A program made the position numbers and the translations under genes. From TPA_inf: Saccharomyces (Eukaryota), in assembly GCA_000146045.2 (NCBI GenBank), contig BK006943.2, positions 672,001-736,000 of the forward strand: 64,000 bases of DNA, written 5' to 3'. A model generated the notes under the pieces. The model did no database searches. It saw only the letters and a list, made by a program, of their open reading frames with translations, and was not told the DNA's origin. Positions 44,100-55,404 of this stretch are shown piece by piece. Every line of letters starts with the position of its first letter. Within the stretch, counting starts at the first letter, position 1.

Positions 44100-47000
44100 G
44101 CTCTTATTATCTGTGATTAAGTGACAGAACTGCAAAAAAAGTTAATTTGATGTCGTCGTTCAATAGACATTCACATAACTTTACTCTACGTGCTATACGC
44201 GCTACCAAACAGAAAGATCACTTTTTCCCAGTCAGTAGACACTGGGTCACTTGGGGTTTAGCACACTCGAAAAGGAGTAAATATGCTGCAAACGAGAATG
44301 TGCAAGCACCATTCAGAGGATCTTAGCTCGTAGAGAGAGAGAAGCTGTTTGTGCTATCCAATTTTGATCCTAGCGCTCCGAAAAAGGTCCGTATTAGGAA
44401 ACTAGATCTTGTTAATTGAAATATCTCCTCATTTTTTTGCAGCCCGCCACTCAATGCGCTTTGTAACCTGTCATAGCTTGCACAGAGAAGTATCAAAGTC
44501 TACATGTGACAAAAAGAAAACCCAAATACTTCTTGGCTATGAATGTTATCGTTTGATGATAACATCCATTCCTCCAATTGGAAAATAATTACTCACGAAG
44601 GTTCTATGCATCCAAAGCGGAACCGTTGCTTTCATTTAATAGAATCCACAGAACTTTTAGTGTGATTTATACGAATTCCAAGGGAGACCTCGACGTGTGA
44701 CTTGAATTAAGAAAAAGCCTTGCCAATCATAATAGTTCATATATGATAAACGGTCTTGATTCGGGTTCTTATAGCAACAGTAACGAAAAATCTCTACCCT
44801 CATAACTTAGTATTGTTGTGTTAGCGGTCATGAAATCTTTTGTATTTCCTTTAACATATCAGTTATATTTTCTTCACGCTACGTCAGCCCCATTATTGTG
44901 CCAACAGTTTACATCCTTTGCATTCAGAGGTGGTTCATTAGTCGCCTACAGCTGCCCGTTTGGAATGACGGCCCGTAGAGGACACGTTAATAGAAGACAT
45001 TCCCCGCGATTCGACGAGTACGGCGCACTCTCAATGATTTGTAAAGGTTTCATATCAAACTATCAAAATATGCGGGGCTCTGCGTAAACAGAAGCAATCA
45101 GACTACATAAGGTCCTCAGTGTAATCTTACCGTAGGCCGATATGTCTTCCATTGTGAGAATTTCTCAACATTCTGTGGTTAATCAACCAAATCATGCGAT
45201 ACTAATGATCTTGACGGGCATACATAATAGAAGCTAAAAAAAAAAAACTAGCCTGAAGCTTATTCTGGGGCCCATATGCTCGAAATGCCAAATTTTCAAA
45301 AATCTAGCCCTACATGCACAACAAATGATTGTGCCTGCCTCCTGGCAGGAAAAGGGTTGATATGAAGATGTCCGGCGGCCTCTTAAACTTAAGATTGAAA
45401 GACATGCTAACCTTGTTCCGTTTTAAGGATAAAGAGGAGCCTCAATAAATGTGTAGTTATCCCTTGCTAATAAAATAGTCTTATTATCTCGCCACTATAA
45501 AAGTCGAAGTAAACAGACAGAGACATGTTCGATACTCCACTTGCACTTCGAAAAAGTAATTAGGAATCCTATATATGCGATGCTATCGTTAATCTTTTAC
45601 CTTCGTTTCCCATCTTATATAAGGGGATGACGAAAATACCTTTCGGCTTACAAATCCATCTGTAACAGCTGAAAAAAAAAACCAGATCTGTTGATCAGTT
45701 GTAATCGTGTAAACGAGTACAAAAGGCCAGAGACAGCTTCTACTCCAAGCTTAAGATACGTATACACAAAAGATTTTTACTTGAAGGAGTAGAGCCGAAG
45801 CGTGTGAGTATGACAGCGCTGCGTAAAACATCAGAGACGTATGTAATCTTCTTGTCTAATCCATTATTGTCAATAACTCAAGCTATATTTACATCTTTAG
45901 CGAAGTCAGAAACTTATTGTCATCCTTTCAAGCCTCGCCGTTGACATCCGCTGTCAGCATCACCCTCACCTAAAGTGTTATTACACGAAGAACTGATTAA
46001 ATACGCCGAGTTTGGGATGACCTGTTCTTACCCGTTCATTCCTTTTTATGGCACACTACGGTTAGTATACGGCGTTGGCCGTGTGATAGGGAAAAATAGG
46101 GTAGGTAATAGAGAACAATTGATGAGTTTTATGTAATTGTATTCGCGCAAAAATAAAAGAATATCAACAAAAAATTTTGATTCGTTTACTTCATAAAAAA
46201 AAATCCTAAAATTTATGAAAATGATTAAAAAAAGACATCCACTTCCCCATAGTGCTAAATTGGTATGGACGTTAAATAGCTTTTATCGTCGTTGGTTTTC
46301 AGACAAATGTGTAGCACCCTAAGTGTGAGATATCATATATTTCAGAGAATATAGCACCAAGTATCGTTATGCGTTCTGGTCCGTACCTGAGAGCTGCTCA
46401 TAAGAATAGGCAAAAGCAAGAAAGAGTGTTCTGTCAGGAATTTTCAAACTATTTACAAGCTAGGAAGGCTATACGTAGTAAATAACAGCCACGATTCGAC
46501 GTGGATAAACAAACATCTACGAAATCCCATTTTGGCATGAAAAAGTGGAGCAAGAAAGACTTGAGGTATGAAATACTTGCAATCTTTCACATCAACACTA
46601 CTTTCAAGATGTTATTGCAAACAGAAAGTGCGATTCTCTTTCTTTCATCCGGGCGTTACAGATGACCATATCTTCAGTGAGGATAACGAAAGATAAAGAG
46701 TGCTGGCTCACATTAATGGAAAAAGAAATCTACCCGCTAATTGTGATGGCTCAGAGTTTCTTCTTATGATAAGGATGTTAGTTTATATCTTGACATGTGT
46801 GTTTCTATTGTACACCGTAATAGCAGATTAGATAAACGAGAGGTCATTCGTAAGGATGAAAAAATGAACATCTGTTTAACTTTCAAGCTTTCTACCATAT
46901 AGCCGAGATGAGCAAATACATTAAAACATCAAAAAGTGGTGCTTGAATGCTTATTTTATGACGCAAAGCAGATGTAATGCATCCCGAGTAAAACAGAATA

Positions 47001-47273
47001 CTTAATTTGACTTCAGCAAAATAACTACCCAGAATGAACACCGAATTTGACATTGATAACAAGACAATCTAGGAATACTTTTACATCAGCACAATATCCA
47101 TGGTGGATCCCGGCGGATTTTTCTTTCTTATTGCACCTTAATCAGGTTTACAGCCTATGACTGACTCTGGAGTGTCCTTTCCCAGTATCTGATTGTTTCC
47201 GCAACATCTATGCATATCAGAGAAGCGTTCTCATCAGTCACTTGACAAATGCTCGAGGAGCTATCATTTGCTG

Positions 47274-47324
47274 ATAAGGTGCTACAGCGCGCTCCTGCCG
47301 CACGCTTTGTTCCTTTTCGATAAG
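47274..47324. promoter_or_regulatory. Two GATAAG motifs (47274-47279, 47319-47324), candidate distal UAS-NTR sites (Gln3/Gat1) for DAL5
   Basis: ctGATAAGgt and tcGATAAGag are read directly. More GATAA/TTATC cores occur at 46690-47060. Confidence 0.5.
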
Positions 47325-47494
47325 AGTCCCTCGCGTTAGTCTGAGTGAAGTGCGGAATTCAGCAAACGAATAACAATCGACCTTATGATCATGTGGATTA
47401 TCGGGGCAAAAGATTTGGCCAAGATGTCAGAGAACGTTATCACCAATCACTCACACAATTAAGTGGTAGTGTAACTCCGAAGATACGGCTAATA

Positions 47495-47506
47495 CTTATC
47501 ATTATC
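47495..47506. promoter_or_regulatory. Tandem TTATC pair (cTTATCaTTATCtg), a proximal UAS-NTR ~165 bp upstream of the DAL5 ATG
   Basis: Two GATAA cores sit 6 bp apart on the bottom strand. A TATATAAA box lies at ~47549-47556. Confidence 0.55.
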
Positions 47507-47665
47507 TGGTTTTCCGAATATACAGATTGGATGAAGTAATATATGTATATAAATGGACCAAGGAAACATCAAATTAGGAGATCATGAGGGAAAGGTTTAA
47601 CATAACAACATTGAAGAAAACAACAAAACAAGGATAATCAAATAGTGTAAAAAAAAAAATTCAAG

Positions 47666-49297
47666 ATGTCAGCGGATGCTAGTACAAATTCGAATGCTTC
47701 CCTAGACGAAAAAAATTTAAACATCACTTCAGAAGCTGAAATCAAGAATGAAGACGTAACCGCGGAGCCAGTTCTAAGCACGGTACTATCACCCAACGGT
47801 AAAATTGTCTACATCAGTGACAAGGTTGATGAGGCCATGAAGTTGGCTGAAGAAGCCAAAGAAATCGAAGTGACACCAGAAGAAGATAGAAAACTTCGTT
47901 GGAAGATCGACTATTGTATGTTTCCTTTGATGTGTATATTGTATGCTGTTCAATTTATGGACAAGATTTCCACTAGTTCAGCGGCGGTCATGGGATTAAG
48001 AACTGACTTGAAAATGCATGGTGACCAGTATTCATGGGTTACTTCCGCCTTTTATTTCGGCTATCTATTTATGAACCTAGGCCCGGTACAGTTCATTTTC
48101 CAAAGGACCAGTCACATGTCAAAAATGCTTGCGGTTTTTATTGTCATATGGGGAATGTTATTAGCTTTACATGCAGCTCCAACAGTTAAGTATCCTTCTT
48201 TCATTGTTTTGAGAGTACTTTTAGGTTGCGCAGAAAGTGTTGTCACACCTTGCTTTACCATTATCACTGCTCAATACTGGAAGACAGAGGAACAATTCAC
48301 AAGAGTATCAATTTGGTTTGGTATGAACGGTCTTGGCTCCATCCTGATCAACGCAATTGCGTACGGTGTTTACATTCACCAGGATTCTTATGCTATTAAA
48401 GGCTGGAGAACCTTATTTGTCATTACTGGTGTGATAACAATCTTCATTGGTATCTTGATATTCCTGTGGATCCCTGACGATCCATCAAAAGCAAGGTTTT
48501 TATCTAAAAGAGAGAAATTAATGGTTGTCCAAAGAATTAGGTCTAACCAACAAGGGTTCGGTAATCACGAGATCAAAAAATACCAAATTATAGAGGCGTT
48601 GAAGGATGTTAGGACGTGGTTATATTTCCTCTTTACTGTGAGCTCTAATATTCCTAATGGTGGTATTTCAAGTTTTATGAGTATTCTATTGAATAGTGAT
48701 TTTGGATATTCATCAAAGGAAACCCTATTAATGGGTTTACCTACAGGTGCTGTTGAATTGGTAGGTTGTCCACTTTTTGGTATTCTAGCAGTTTATGCAG
48801 CCAATAAGAAGATACCATTTTGGAAATATAAGTTGAGTTGGGCTATTTTTGCAGCTGTCTTAGCATTGATTGCTAGCTGCATGTTAGGGTTTGCAACAAA
48901 CTCCAAAAAAGCAAGACTGGCTGGTGCTTACCTGTGGTACATCTCGCCCGTCTCATTTATTTGCGTACTTTCCAATATCAGTGCGAATTCCTCGGGATAT
49001 AGTAAAAAATGGACTGTATCTTCAATAAACTTAGTAGCATATGCTGCAGCTAACTTGGCAGGACCACAAACCTTTATTGCTAAGCAGGCTCCTAAATATC
49101 ATGGCGCTAAGGTCGCTATGGTCGTATGTTATGCTGTTATGATCGTGCTTCTATCTATACTGCTCATCGTCAATTTAAGGGAAAACAAGAGACGTGATAA
49201 GATAGCTGCCGAGAGAGGGTTCCCTGAAGAAACAGAGAATTTAGAGTTTTCTGATTTGACTGATTTTGAAAATCCAAATTTCAGATACACTTTATGA
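47666..49297 (+). CDS. DAL5: Allantoate/ureidosuccinate permease (MFS, Dal5 family), 543 aa
   Basis: 543 aa and 12 TM. The name comes from recognising the protein, its length and its position. Confidence 0.9.
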   Translation: MSADASTNSNASLDEKNLNITSEAEIKNEDVTAEPVLSTVLSPNGKIVYISDKVDEAMKLAEEAKEIEVTPEEDRKLRWKIDYCMFPLMCILYAVQFMDKISTSSAAVMGLRTDLKMHGDQYSWVTSAFYFGYLFMNLGPVQFIFQRTSHMSKMLAVFIVIWGMLLALHAAPTVKYPSFIVLRVLLGCAESVVTPCFTIITAQYWKTEEQFTRVSIWFGMNGLGSILINAIAYGVYIHQDSYAIKGWRTLFVITGVITIFIGILIFLWIPDDPSKARFLSKREKLMVVQRIRSNQQGFGNHEIKKYQIIEALKDVRTWLYFLFTVSSNIPNGGISSFMSILLNSDFGYSSKETLLMGLPTGAVELVGCPLFGILAVYAANKKIPFWKYKLSWAIFAAVLALIASCMLGFATNSKKARLAGAYLWYISPVSFICVLSNISANSSGYSKKWTVSSINLVAYAAANLAGPQTFIAKQAPKYHGAKVAMVVCYAVMIVLLSILLIVNLRENKRRDKIAAERGFPEETENLEFSDLTDFENPNFRYTL

Positions 49298-50721
49298 AAT
49301 AGTGGTGAGATACACTGACATTATTGTTATCAGAGAAGAATATATAAAACTAAAATACTTAATATCAAAATAAGGAATTTTTTATCAAAGTAGAATTTCT
49401 GTAAGCTACATTCTCTTGGTGTAGAAGATTTCTCGACTGATGTAAAGGACAAGTCGACTTGTCCTGCCTCATACATACTTGACGATGAAGAGCAAGATAC
49501 TGAGCACGTGAATCGAGGAACAGGTAAGGATACCTCGAGAAATGAAAAAAAAAAGTTGATCAGCCGTACTTGAAAATTAAATTTGGCGGTGAGAAAGACA
49601 ATATCGTAATGAAAATGATTCTGACGACCCTTTGATAGTGGCAATGATCAAAAAGAAAAAAAAAAGATAAGACGGTAGTGTGAAGATGACATATAGCGCT
49701 ACTCTATACTCGTCCAACTTCGAAAATAATATGTGGTCGTTGGTACGTTCAGATAAGAGAATACATCTCGCGCGTACGCATAATTGTGGTCTAAAAAACC
49801 GCTGAAATTTTCTCAATACTGAATAGAATCACGCTACTACGACAAGACTCGGTTACTGTGCCTAAAATAATCCTGTGATAAACGAGTTATGTTAAACGCA
49901 GTACAGGGGTTAAAGGGCATTGAGTTTTTGTGAGTGGAAATGCCCCCGTTATAGCTTCCAGTTTAATTACAAATTATCAATTTAAGCAAATATAACTGGA
50001 GGATTGGGGAGGCGACTAAAAATGGCTACCACGCTATTAGACATACAACATTGAGTATTTTATGTAATTTTGTTACTGCTAGCACGGCCATGCAATTGGC
50101 AACTGAAAGCTATCTGACAACTTAAATGATTCTTAAAACAATGACGACTATAATCTTCTCTAAGAAGTTTCATATCCATCTTCCTCATTATTCAGTTTCT
50201 TTTTCCTCTTGAAAGTATCGTAAAGAACAACGTCTTCACATTAGCTATTAGAAGACCATTGAACTACCGGATATGAGTAAGAGTGATCTTGCCGTAGAGA
50301 TAATAGCTGCACAAAGGCCAAGGATTAGATTAATGGGTGCATTGTACGAAAAAAAATAGTTTACAGTCATTTATTCGCAATAAATCAATTTTTTTTTCAA
50401 AAAATATGTAAGTCTGATAAAAAATTCTTCACTGAAGAGAGATGCTTACATTCTAATTCTTGAATAAAAGACTCTCTAACGCTGTGAATTCTCTTTAGCT
50501 GTAACGGAAACAGAGAGTTATTCCGTAGTCACTGAATTTTTTTTTTTTGACGCTATTATTTAAAACCTAGGATATCCGTCCCATACAAAACGGCCACGAG
50601 TTTCAATCCCAGAATGTACGAGTTATAATTCTCCTAGATGCATGATACTCGTGCATTCGTTTAACAATCATACCAATTTCCCATTTTCGGGATATTAAAC
50701 ATGAACATACTTTTTTACTGT

Positions 50722-50737
50722 GAGAATGTGGTTTCAC
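50722..50737. promoter_or_regulatory. FRE-like composite (reverse complement gTGAAACCaCATTCTc: a Ste12 PRE-like half-site next to a Tec1 TCS CATTCT) ~80 bp upstream of the PGU1 ATG. A TATAAAAA lies at 50753
   Basis: Read from the sequence. Another CATTCT (reverse complement of agaatg) sits at ~50611-50616. The PRE half-site is 6 of 7 (TGAAACC versus TGAAACA). Confidence 0.4.
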
Positions 50738-50814
50738 AATTATTCCATACAGGTATAAAAACGCACAGAACTTCAAACGGGAAGACTATCTACCCACATT
50801 GATGGACAAACGCA

Positions 50815-51900
50815 ATGATTTCTGCTAATTCATTACTTATTTCCACTTTGTGCGCTTTTGCGATCGCAACACCTTTGTCAAAAAGAGATTCCTGTACCCT
50901 AACAGGATCTTCTTTGTCTTCACTCTCAACCGTGAAAAAATGTAGCAGCATCGTTATTAAAGACTTAACTGTCCCAGCTGGACAGACTTTAGATTTAACT
51001 GGGTTAAGCAGTGGTACTACTGTTACGTTTGAAGGCACAACCACATTTCAGTACAAGGAATGGAGCGGCCCTTTAATTTCAATCTCAGGGTCTAAAATCA
51101 GCGTTGTTGGTGCTTCGGGACATACCATTGATGGTCAAGGAGCAAAATGGTGGGATGGCTTAGGTGATAGCGGTAAAGTCAAACCGAAGTTTGTAAAGTT
51201 GGCGTTGACGGGAACATCTAAGGTCACCGGATTGAATATTAAAAATGCTCCACACCAAGTCTTCAGCATCAATAAATGTTCAGATTTAACCATCAGCGAC
51301 ATAACAATTGATATCAGAGACGGTGATTCGGCTGGTGGTCATAATACGGATGGGTTTGATGTTGGTAGTTCTAGTAACGTCTTAATTCAAGGATGTACTG
51401 TTTATAATCAGGATGACTGTATTGCTGTGAATTCCGGTTCAACTATTAAATTTATGAACAACTACTGCTACAATGGCCATGGTATTTCTGTAGGTTCTGT
51501 TGGTGGCCGTTCTGATAATACAGTCAATGGTTTCTGGGCTGAAAATAACCATGTTATCAACTCTGACAACGGGTTGAGAATAAAAACCGTAGAAGGTGCG
51601 ACAGGCACAGTCACTAATGTCAACTTTATCAGTAATAAAATTAGCGGCATAAAAAGTTATGGTATTGTTATCGAAGGCGATTATTTGAATAGTAAGACTA
51701 CTGGAACTGCTACAGGTGGCGTTCCCATTTCGAATTTAGTAATGAAGGATATCACCGGGAGCGTGAACTCCACAGCGAAGAGGGTTAAAATTTTGGTGAA
51801 AAACGCTACTAACTGGCAATGGTCTGGGGTGTCAATTACCGGTGGTTCTTCCTATTCTGGATGTTCTGGAATCCCATCTGGATCTGGTGCAAGCTGTTAA
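50815..51900 (+). CDS. PGU1: Secreted endo-polygalacturonase (GH28), 361 aa
   Basis: It has a signal peptide and the GH28 motifs NTDGFD, DDC, GHG and RIK across parallel beta-helix repeats. Confidence 0.93.
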   Translation: MISANSLLISTLCAFAIATPLSKRDSCTLTGSSLSSLSTVKKCSSIVIKDLTVPAGQTLDLTGLSSGTTVTFEGTTTFQYKEWSGPLISISGSKISVVGASGHTIDGQGAKWWDGLGDSGKVKPKFVKLALTGTSKVTGLNIKNAPHQVFSINKCSDLTISDITIDIRDGDSAGGHNTDGFDVGSSSNVLIQGCTVYNQDDCIAVNSGSTIKFMNNYCYNGHGISVGSVGGRSDNTVNGFWAENNHVINSDNGLRIKTVEGATGTVTNVNFISNKISGIKSYGIVIEGDYLNSKTTGTATGGVPISNLVMKDITGSVNSTAKRVKILVKNATNWQWSGVSITGGSSYSGCSGIPSGSGASC

Positions 51901-53783
51901 TCCTCTTTTAAAGTACTCATATGACTATACATACCTTCTTTTCTTTTCTTTACTATTCAATACATAACAGAACAAAGATGCAGGAAAATATTGGTATTTG
52001 TTCGGCAATTTATGCTGGGTTTTTTTGTAAATTCAGGTCTAATTATTACTGTTGATTTGTATCAAGTTGGTATCTTTTTTGCCATTTAATAATAGAGATA
52101 CGCTATGCTCATCCGGATAGCAACAATGAGAGCCTAAAAGTCCTAATTGAGAAGAAAATCTCTGTTCAAGACTATAGTTTATGTTTCATTCTGGACCCTT
52201 GGGATCGTCTGAAACAGGAAGGTCAATAATTGGTAAAAAAAATGGTAAATGCGACTAAGTACTACAATTGAAACGAATGAGCGCACTTCATCTGCCTACA
52301 AAACGCTGCGGCTGAAAAAGTTACATAAAAAACCGTCCTCAATAGCGTTAATCCAGCGTACATGAGAAAGTAATGACAAAGTCTTCGGTAATATCAGTGC
52401 ATCTACCAATATGACACAATTGTGAAACTTCGCTGACTCAAATAATAGCCCTGTTTTTTTGACCATTGTTACCCATCGAGCCAGTGAGAAAAAAGCCAAA
52501 ATATCTTTAAGGCCTTCTCCATTTTATGTTTATCGATATTGTGTTGTCTGCAATATTGAAATTTTAAAGGCTATTTACTTTGCCTCTTGTTATAAACTAA
52601 GTCTGCCGAATTATGCAATATATAGCAAAAGCTGAAAATAGATGTAATTACATAATTCGCAGTTGTATATGAGTATCCTTAACTCGTACATTCCAGTTCA
52701 TCTGTGACAAGGCACTGTTTTCCCTAATAATTATTAGGGAAACGTCCTTCAAAAATCAAAATAATTTTAGAGAGTCTCATCAACCTTCGCCATAGTTCGT
52801 GATGAAAACTTTACGGTACGTCAGACTTTAGATATTGATTTTTTTATTATTTCTCCCATCGTGAGTACAATTACCCTAGTTCGAACTATATCTTTCATTA
52901 CTGGCGGAAAAAAAATTCAACGAATGTTCTTGGCTCAATATAGCTTAGTATTTATGTTTAAAGAATTTGTAATATGCGTTACTAGTAATTCCTTTGAATT
53001 TTTGAATGCTTTAACTGTGAGTTGGCGTACATGCAGAAACGGCCGTTTAAAATTTTACCGATTGCAGTGACAGAAAAGCTAGTTGAATATTTGTTTACAT
53101 AAGCGATTCAGATAGACCCCTAATAATATCAAGCTAGATATGCCTGTTGGAAACTTCTCAAAACCTGCGCTAGACGTCCCACGCAATCAACTTACAGATA
53201 TGTCAGTGCTAGGGAAAAGCCATAGAATGTTGAAAAAAGCGAAAAGGGTTTACTAACTTAGGCAGGTTGAAAAGCTTCTCGAAAAATAATACCTTTTGGT
53301 AAAACAACGTAAAGAAGTACTGCCATAACGTAGAATTCTGCAGTTATGAACATACTACAGGCGAAATTGCTAAAATTAATGAGGATAGTCAAAATTGGGT
53401 TATGAATCAAAGTTTTTTATAGATTTTCAGCACCGGTGTGGCTAGTAGTCGTCCATACATGACTCAAAGAAAAAAAAAATAAGTGACATAACGCGAAGTG
53501 AGGCATTATTGGGCTGCTAAAGAATTTTACGTTGGAAAAGAGGCAAGATTGTCTCATTTTCCTTCAAAATGAAGGTACTGCTGCCCCGGAGTAATAGTAA
53601 TTTATTCTCAACAGAAATAGAATATTTAATTAATCAGAGTCTAACATTAAGGTCATGTGTTGATAGCAGGTGACGCGTCTGTAAAACTAATAAAGTATAT
53701 AAAGCACATCCATGAGATCTTAAGACGAGAGATTTCCCCTACTCAAAGTACAAGCAGGACAGATTCAAAACGCAATCCATACG

Positions 53784-54824
53784 ATGAACACAGATTCACA
53801 CAACCTTAGTGAGCCATACAATATAGGTGGCCAAAAATACATTAATATGAAAAAAAAGGAAGATCTTGGCGTATGCCAGCCTGGCTTAACGCAAAAGGCA
53901 TTCACAGTCGAAGACAAGTTCGATTACAAAGCAATTATTGAAAAAATGGAAGTATACGGACTTTGCGTGGTCAAGAATTTTATAGAGACCTCCAGATGTG
54001 ATGAAATATTGAAAGAAATCGAACCGCATTTTTATAGATACGAATCATGGCAAGGCTCACCGTTTCCTAAGGAAACTACTGTGGCAACGAGATCGGTTTT
54101 ACACTCATCTACAGTCTTAAAGGATGTGGTATGCGACCGTATGTTTTGTGATATCTCAAAACATTTTTTGAATGAAGAAAACTACTTTGCGGCGGGAAAG
54201 GTGATTAATAAATGCACTAGTGATATTCAACTGAACTCCGGTATAGTCTACAAGGTTGGCGCTGGTGCAAGTGACCAGGGCTACCACCGAGAAGATATTG
54301 TTCATCATACGACCCATCAAGCATGTGAACGTTTCCAGTATGGAACCGAAACCATGGTAGGGTTAGGTGTAGCTTTTACAGATATGAATAAAGAAAATGG
54401 CTCTACGCGAATGATAGTCGGTTCACATTTGTGGGGTCCGCACGATTCCTGTGGGAACTTTGACAAGAGGATGGAATTTCACGTTAATGTTGCAAAGGGA
54501 GACGCAGTTCTATTCTTAGGGAGCCTCTACCATGCAGCCAGTGCAAATCGTACGTCACAAGACAGAGTTGCTGGATATTTTTTTATGACAAAGAGCTACT
54601 TGAAACCAGAGGAAAATCTTCACTTAGGGACTGATTTGCGAGTGTTTAAGGGTTTACCATTGGAAGCCTTGCAACTGTTGGGGCTCGGAATTAGTGAGCC
54701 ATTTTGTGGTCACATAGATTATAAGAGTCCAGGACATCTTATCAGTTCTAGTTTGTTTGAAAATGATATCGAAAAGGGGTACTATGGAGAGACAATAAGG
54801 GTGAATTATGGGTCCACGCAATAA
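53784..54824 (+). CDS. Phytanoyl-CoA dioxygenase (PhyH)-like Fe(II)/2-oxoglutarate oxygenase, 346 aa, uncharacterised
   Basis: Corresponds to YJR154W. It is 346 aa with a PhyH-type fold (H..D...H spacing). Confidence 0.8.
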   Translation: MNTDSHNLSEPYNIGGQKYINMKKKEDLGVCQPGLTQKAFTVEDKFDYKAIIEKMEVYGLCVVKNFIETSRCDEILKEIEPHFYRYESWQGSPFPKETTVATRSVLHSSTVLKDVVCDRMFCDISKHFLNEENYFAAGKVINKCTSDIQLNSGIVYKVGAGASDQGYHREDIVHHTTHQACERFQYGTETMVGLGVAFTDMNKENGSTRMIVGSHLWGPHDSCGNFDKRMEFHVNVAKGDAVLFLGSLYHAASANRTSQDRVAGYFFMTKSYLKPEENLHLGTDLRVFKGLPLEALQLLGLGISEPFCGHIDYKSPGHLISSSLFENDIEKGYYGETIRVNYGSTQ

Positions 54825-55128
54825 TCATTGTAACGGGAAAACATATCACCACAAGTTCGCTGTAAATGTGCAGACTGGGTGGCATGCTTCAAAAGCCTAT
54901 TCTAGTACTTCCCTGCTGTTTTCGCACGGAACCGGTAAGAAAACTTCGTACCGAAATCGAACAACTTTCATTACTTGCACTTGTACAAATTTAAGGGAGC
55001 GGGATTTTAAAACATATAAAAGGATAGTGGCACAACTAGGAATAAGGTGTATTACCCAATATGATTCTCACCTTCGGTTGGGGACTGGTTAATTAATTGA
55101 ATAGCTTCATAACCCACCGCCGCAAAAT

Positions 55129-55371
55129 GTGCTCTTCGAAATGTCTGAGGCTTTTGGACCTGCACCTGAACCACCTACCGAGTTAGGACGTCTTAGGGTC
55201 CTATCTAAAACAGCTGGTATAAGAGTTTCTCCACTAATCCTGGGAGGTATGTCTATTGGTGACGCCTGGTCTGGATTCATGGGATCAATGGACAAAGAAC
55301 AAGCTTTTGAGCTACTTGATGCTTTTTACCAAGCAGGCGGAAATTTCATTGATACTGCAAATAATTATTAG
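55129..55371 (+). pseudogene. AAD10: Orphaned N-terminal 80 codons of an aryl-alcohol dehydrogenase (AKR), ending in an in-frame TAG at 55369-55371, in the same frame as AAD10
   Basis: Frame 1 reads ...[32 protein letters not shown]... and continues straight into AAD10. Both ORFs start at a position equal to 1 mod 3. Confidence 0.75.
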
Positions 55372-55404
55372 TATGAGCAGTCAGAGACTTGGATCGGTGA
55401 ATGG

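Noticed and set aside
44818-45087. An 89-codon ORF in the DAN4-DAL5 spacer, and 47345-47539 (64 codons).
   Set aside because: Neither shows a recognisable domain, codon-bias signal or promoter context. They are retained only as part of the possible unannotated transcripts finding.
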